DNA of 23,298 nt, from positions 434,001 to 457,298 of the forward strand of contig NW_013547020.1 in the NCBI RefSeq assembly GCF_000711695.1, given 5' to 3'. The notes below the pieces were generated by a model. The model had not been told where the DNA came from and did no database searches. It was given only the letters and a program-made list of their open reading frames with translations. Position 1 is the stretch's first letter; each line of letters opens with the position of its first letter. Source of the DNA: Tilletiaria anomala UBC 951 (Eukaryota). Of the stretch, positions 21,117 to 23,298 are shown piece by piece. The translations under genes and the position numbers were made by a program.

Positions 21117-22340
21117 CTACAGAGCTTGTGGTTTGCTCTGTGACATCATCCCATGGAGTACGAAATGTGCGACGTGGATGCTCTGTGGATGATATTCGCA
21201 TGCGATAGACTGGTCGATGGCGCACATGCCTTGCTTGGCAGCAGAAACGGCCGAGGAGGGAGGGCGACCTTGTAGACTTGCATTCCCATCTGAGAAGCGG
21301 TTCGTAGCAGCCGTTAGAAGCGCCGGAAGGGCTTCCCAATTGGGGCGAGATGTCATGCTTAGGTGAAGCCCTGGGCAAAGGCGAGTGCGCCGACAACGGA
21401 AAAGTGGGTAGTTAATGCATCAGTATGTGGAATAGTCTTCGGAGCGCATCGACTCACACTTGGACATCGAGAGTGGTCTTGAGAGTTCGGCTGCCCAGGT
21501 CTTCATGAGCGGTCCCATGACGAAGCCGCCGGTCGGGTTTATGATTGCGGCGTGAACATGCCTGCCCTTCCAGTCCTTTCCAAGGTTGTCAGACGTCTCT
21601 GGGTGCTTTTTTCGTTGGTCGCATCCGGCGTAGTGGGTTCAAGCACGTTCAGCATCGTTAGCGAGACTGTCGCTCGCCAATGCCTTCTCCTTGAGCATGT
21701 CGATGGAGCGCGAGAGCAAGGCGATCCGCCTGTGCAAAGGCACGCACGATCGACTCGCCAGTGTCTGGGCCGACGCTGATGATGACACAGATTTACGAGG
21801 CAGTAGCGGACGACATGCGATACAGTTTTCCAAAGTTCTTAGCTGTGCTGCGCCGGGCGCATCGTCACACCCATCCATTCATCAATGCGTTCGCCTCAAG
21901 AAACCCGCCTTGGTGCCGTCCTCTTGACTCGCTGTTTTATTATAATATGAACGTCTGTGGTGATCATCACAATGTTGCTGCCTCGGCTCCTCAGTTCGTG
22001 CATTGTGCGGTCGAGCCAGCGACGTCACATTGATAATGGGGCACGACGCAGGACCGACATACCTTCCACCAGAAACTTGTTGGTGGTCTAATGATTGATC
22101 ATTAATATTGGGTCTTTGCTCGTCGCACTGCTTCGTTCGACAGGGAGCTTCGCTCTCAGCGCACTTGTTCCTCTGTCAGATCTCACTTCTCATTCAGTGA
22201 GCAACAGGGCTTCCAGCACAGTTGTTGCACTTCGAACGCATTTCACATCCCTTCGTCCTTTCATCTTGCCGACATGAACATCAAAAGGCAATACGACCTT
22301 CTCAGATCGGTGCTCTTAGACAGGACTGCCTTGCCGGCTT
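21117..22340 (-). pseudogene. Possible decayed minus-strand gene: long reading frame broken by TGA codons, with one in-phase canonical intron
   Basis: One frame runs from ~22340 to 21458 with only TGA stops (e.g. 21884-21879, 21641-21639). It splices in phase over GTGAGT...CAG (21457-21371) into the 21117..21356 ORF frame. No homology recognised. Confidence 0.25.
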
Positions 22341-22899
22341 TCATCATGGACATCTGGTGGAACTGGTGATGACGCAAAGTGATTTCCACAACGTGCTTCA
22401 CTATCGTCGGGTTGACACTTCTCGTAGGGCTGTGCAAAAGCCCCGGAGTATGTTACAACTTGTCCCCACAAGCGAAACAGTTCGCCTTCAAAACTTTTCC
22501 ACAGGGCGTCCAAAATACATTACGGAAAAATGTGGAACACGGTGATGATGAATGCTTGATTTTCTTAGCCCTTTGATGAGCCTTTTCTGAGAGCCTGCAC
22601 ATGTGAGGGGACAGCAAAGGCTGAGGCCTGGGAGGACCGCTGGAGCAATTTCTTGTTCGGGCTATATGCCCAGAGCTTAGCCCTAATCCACTGCTTTTGC
22701 TTTCCTACGACCGCTCACAGCGATTCTCGCTCGCTGTTCCCACAGCACAACGTCCAATTTGCATGTATACAATGAAACAGCTGATGAAGATGAGGCGAGT
22801 CAAGTGATTCAGGACCATCACTGCGACTATTCGACAATCTTAATACAATAAATCCAAAATCTCAACTTTTTCTTATGAAGGGGCCATAAGGAGGACTTC

Positions 22900-23298
22900 T
22901 CCAAATGGGGAAAAGGTTAGAAAAATTTCTTGAGGCCTCACCCCAGAGTTTTAACTCTAACCCTAACACTATGGAGCCTGTGCTTCCTGGCCTATCAGAG
23001 TGGTCTCAAGGTCAGCGTTGTAGTCAGTGTCGTTATAGTGCGTAACCTCGCCGTGATCCAGGTCACTCTGAAGAGCGACCCACATAGTTTGGGGAAAACA
23101 AGAGTCAGAGGACTTCCCTTCTGCCTCTCGCAGAGAGCACTTGAGGCGGAAGGCGAGGAGACGCCAGGCTTTCCTACCCTTCCACACTCTGCATCGACTG
23201 GTCTTGGCCAGCCGCAGCTCGGCCCAACCTTTCCCACATCAGCCTTCCCACATTTCCGAAGGGCGGATGATGTGCACAAAATATACTTGAACTGATTC
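22900..23298 (+). ncRNA. Candidate structured RNA containing a telomerase-template-like CTAACCCTAAC (boundaries unknown; may extend beyond the window)
   Basis: CTAACCCTAAC at 22957-22967. Adjacent upstream stems, and downstream hairpins at 23061-23080 and 23117-23153. No credible CDS here. Confidence 0.3.

Noticed and set aside
22542..22590. Box C (GTGATGA), second TGATGA and box D (CTGA) resembling a C/D snoRNA
   Set aside because: Only ~49 nt, too little room for a guide before box D, and no convincing terminal stem or recognised rRNA complement.
22620..22780. Peptide AWEDRWSNFLFGL, checked as a possible Emi1/DUF3128-like host ORF, since I recall Ustilago maydis TER being processed from such an mRNA
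   Set aside because: It lacks the twin-Cys pattern and I could not build a start or splice model, so it gives no support for the TER hypothesis.
22930..23295. 121-aa ORF spanning the telomere-like motif (LTLTLTL)
   Set aside because: TTG start, low-complexity translation of CTAACC repeats, and no homology recognised.

Overview
Intron-containing eukaryotic DNA, most likely from a basidiomycete fungus (inferred from short GT-AG introns of mostly 58-98 nt, compact gene spacing and an allantoicase-ureidoglycolate lyase fusion; Ustilaginomycotina is plausible). I reconstructed nine protein-coding genes by hand splicing. In order: a 5'-truncated single-pass membrane protein whose ectodomain resembles a group I truncated haemoglobin; a head-to-head pair of acyl-CoA carboxylase alpha and beta subunits (geranyl-CoA/AtuF-AtuC-like rather than canonical MCC, both ending in PTS1-like tripeptides); a multi-exon gene of unknown function; an allantoicase-ureidoglycolate lyase fusion; a CxxC-less nucleoredoxin-like membrane-anchored protein; histidyl-tRNA synthetase; tRNA-dihydrouridine synthase 2; and a ZNF207/BuGZ-like zinc-finger protein. 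The last ~2.4 kb has no intact gene. It holds a possible decayed minus-strand reading frame and a hairpin-rich segment containing a single CTAACCCTAAC, a candidate telomerase RNA template. Family assignments come from motif recognition only; no searches were run.
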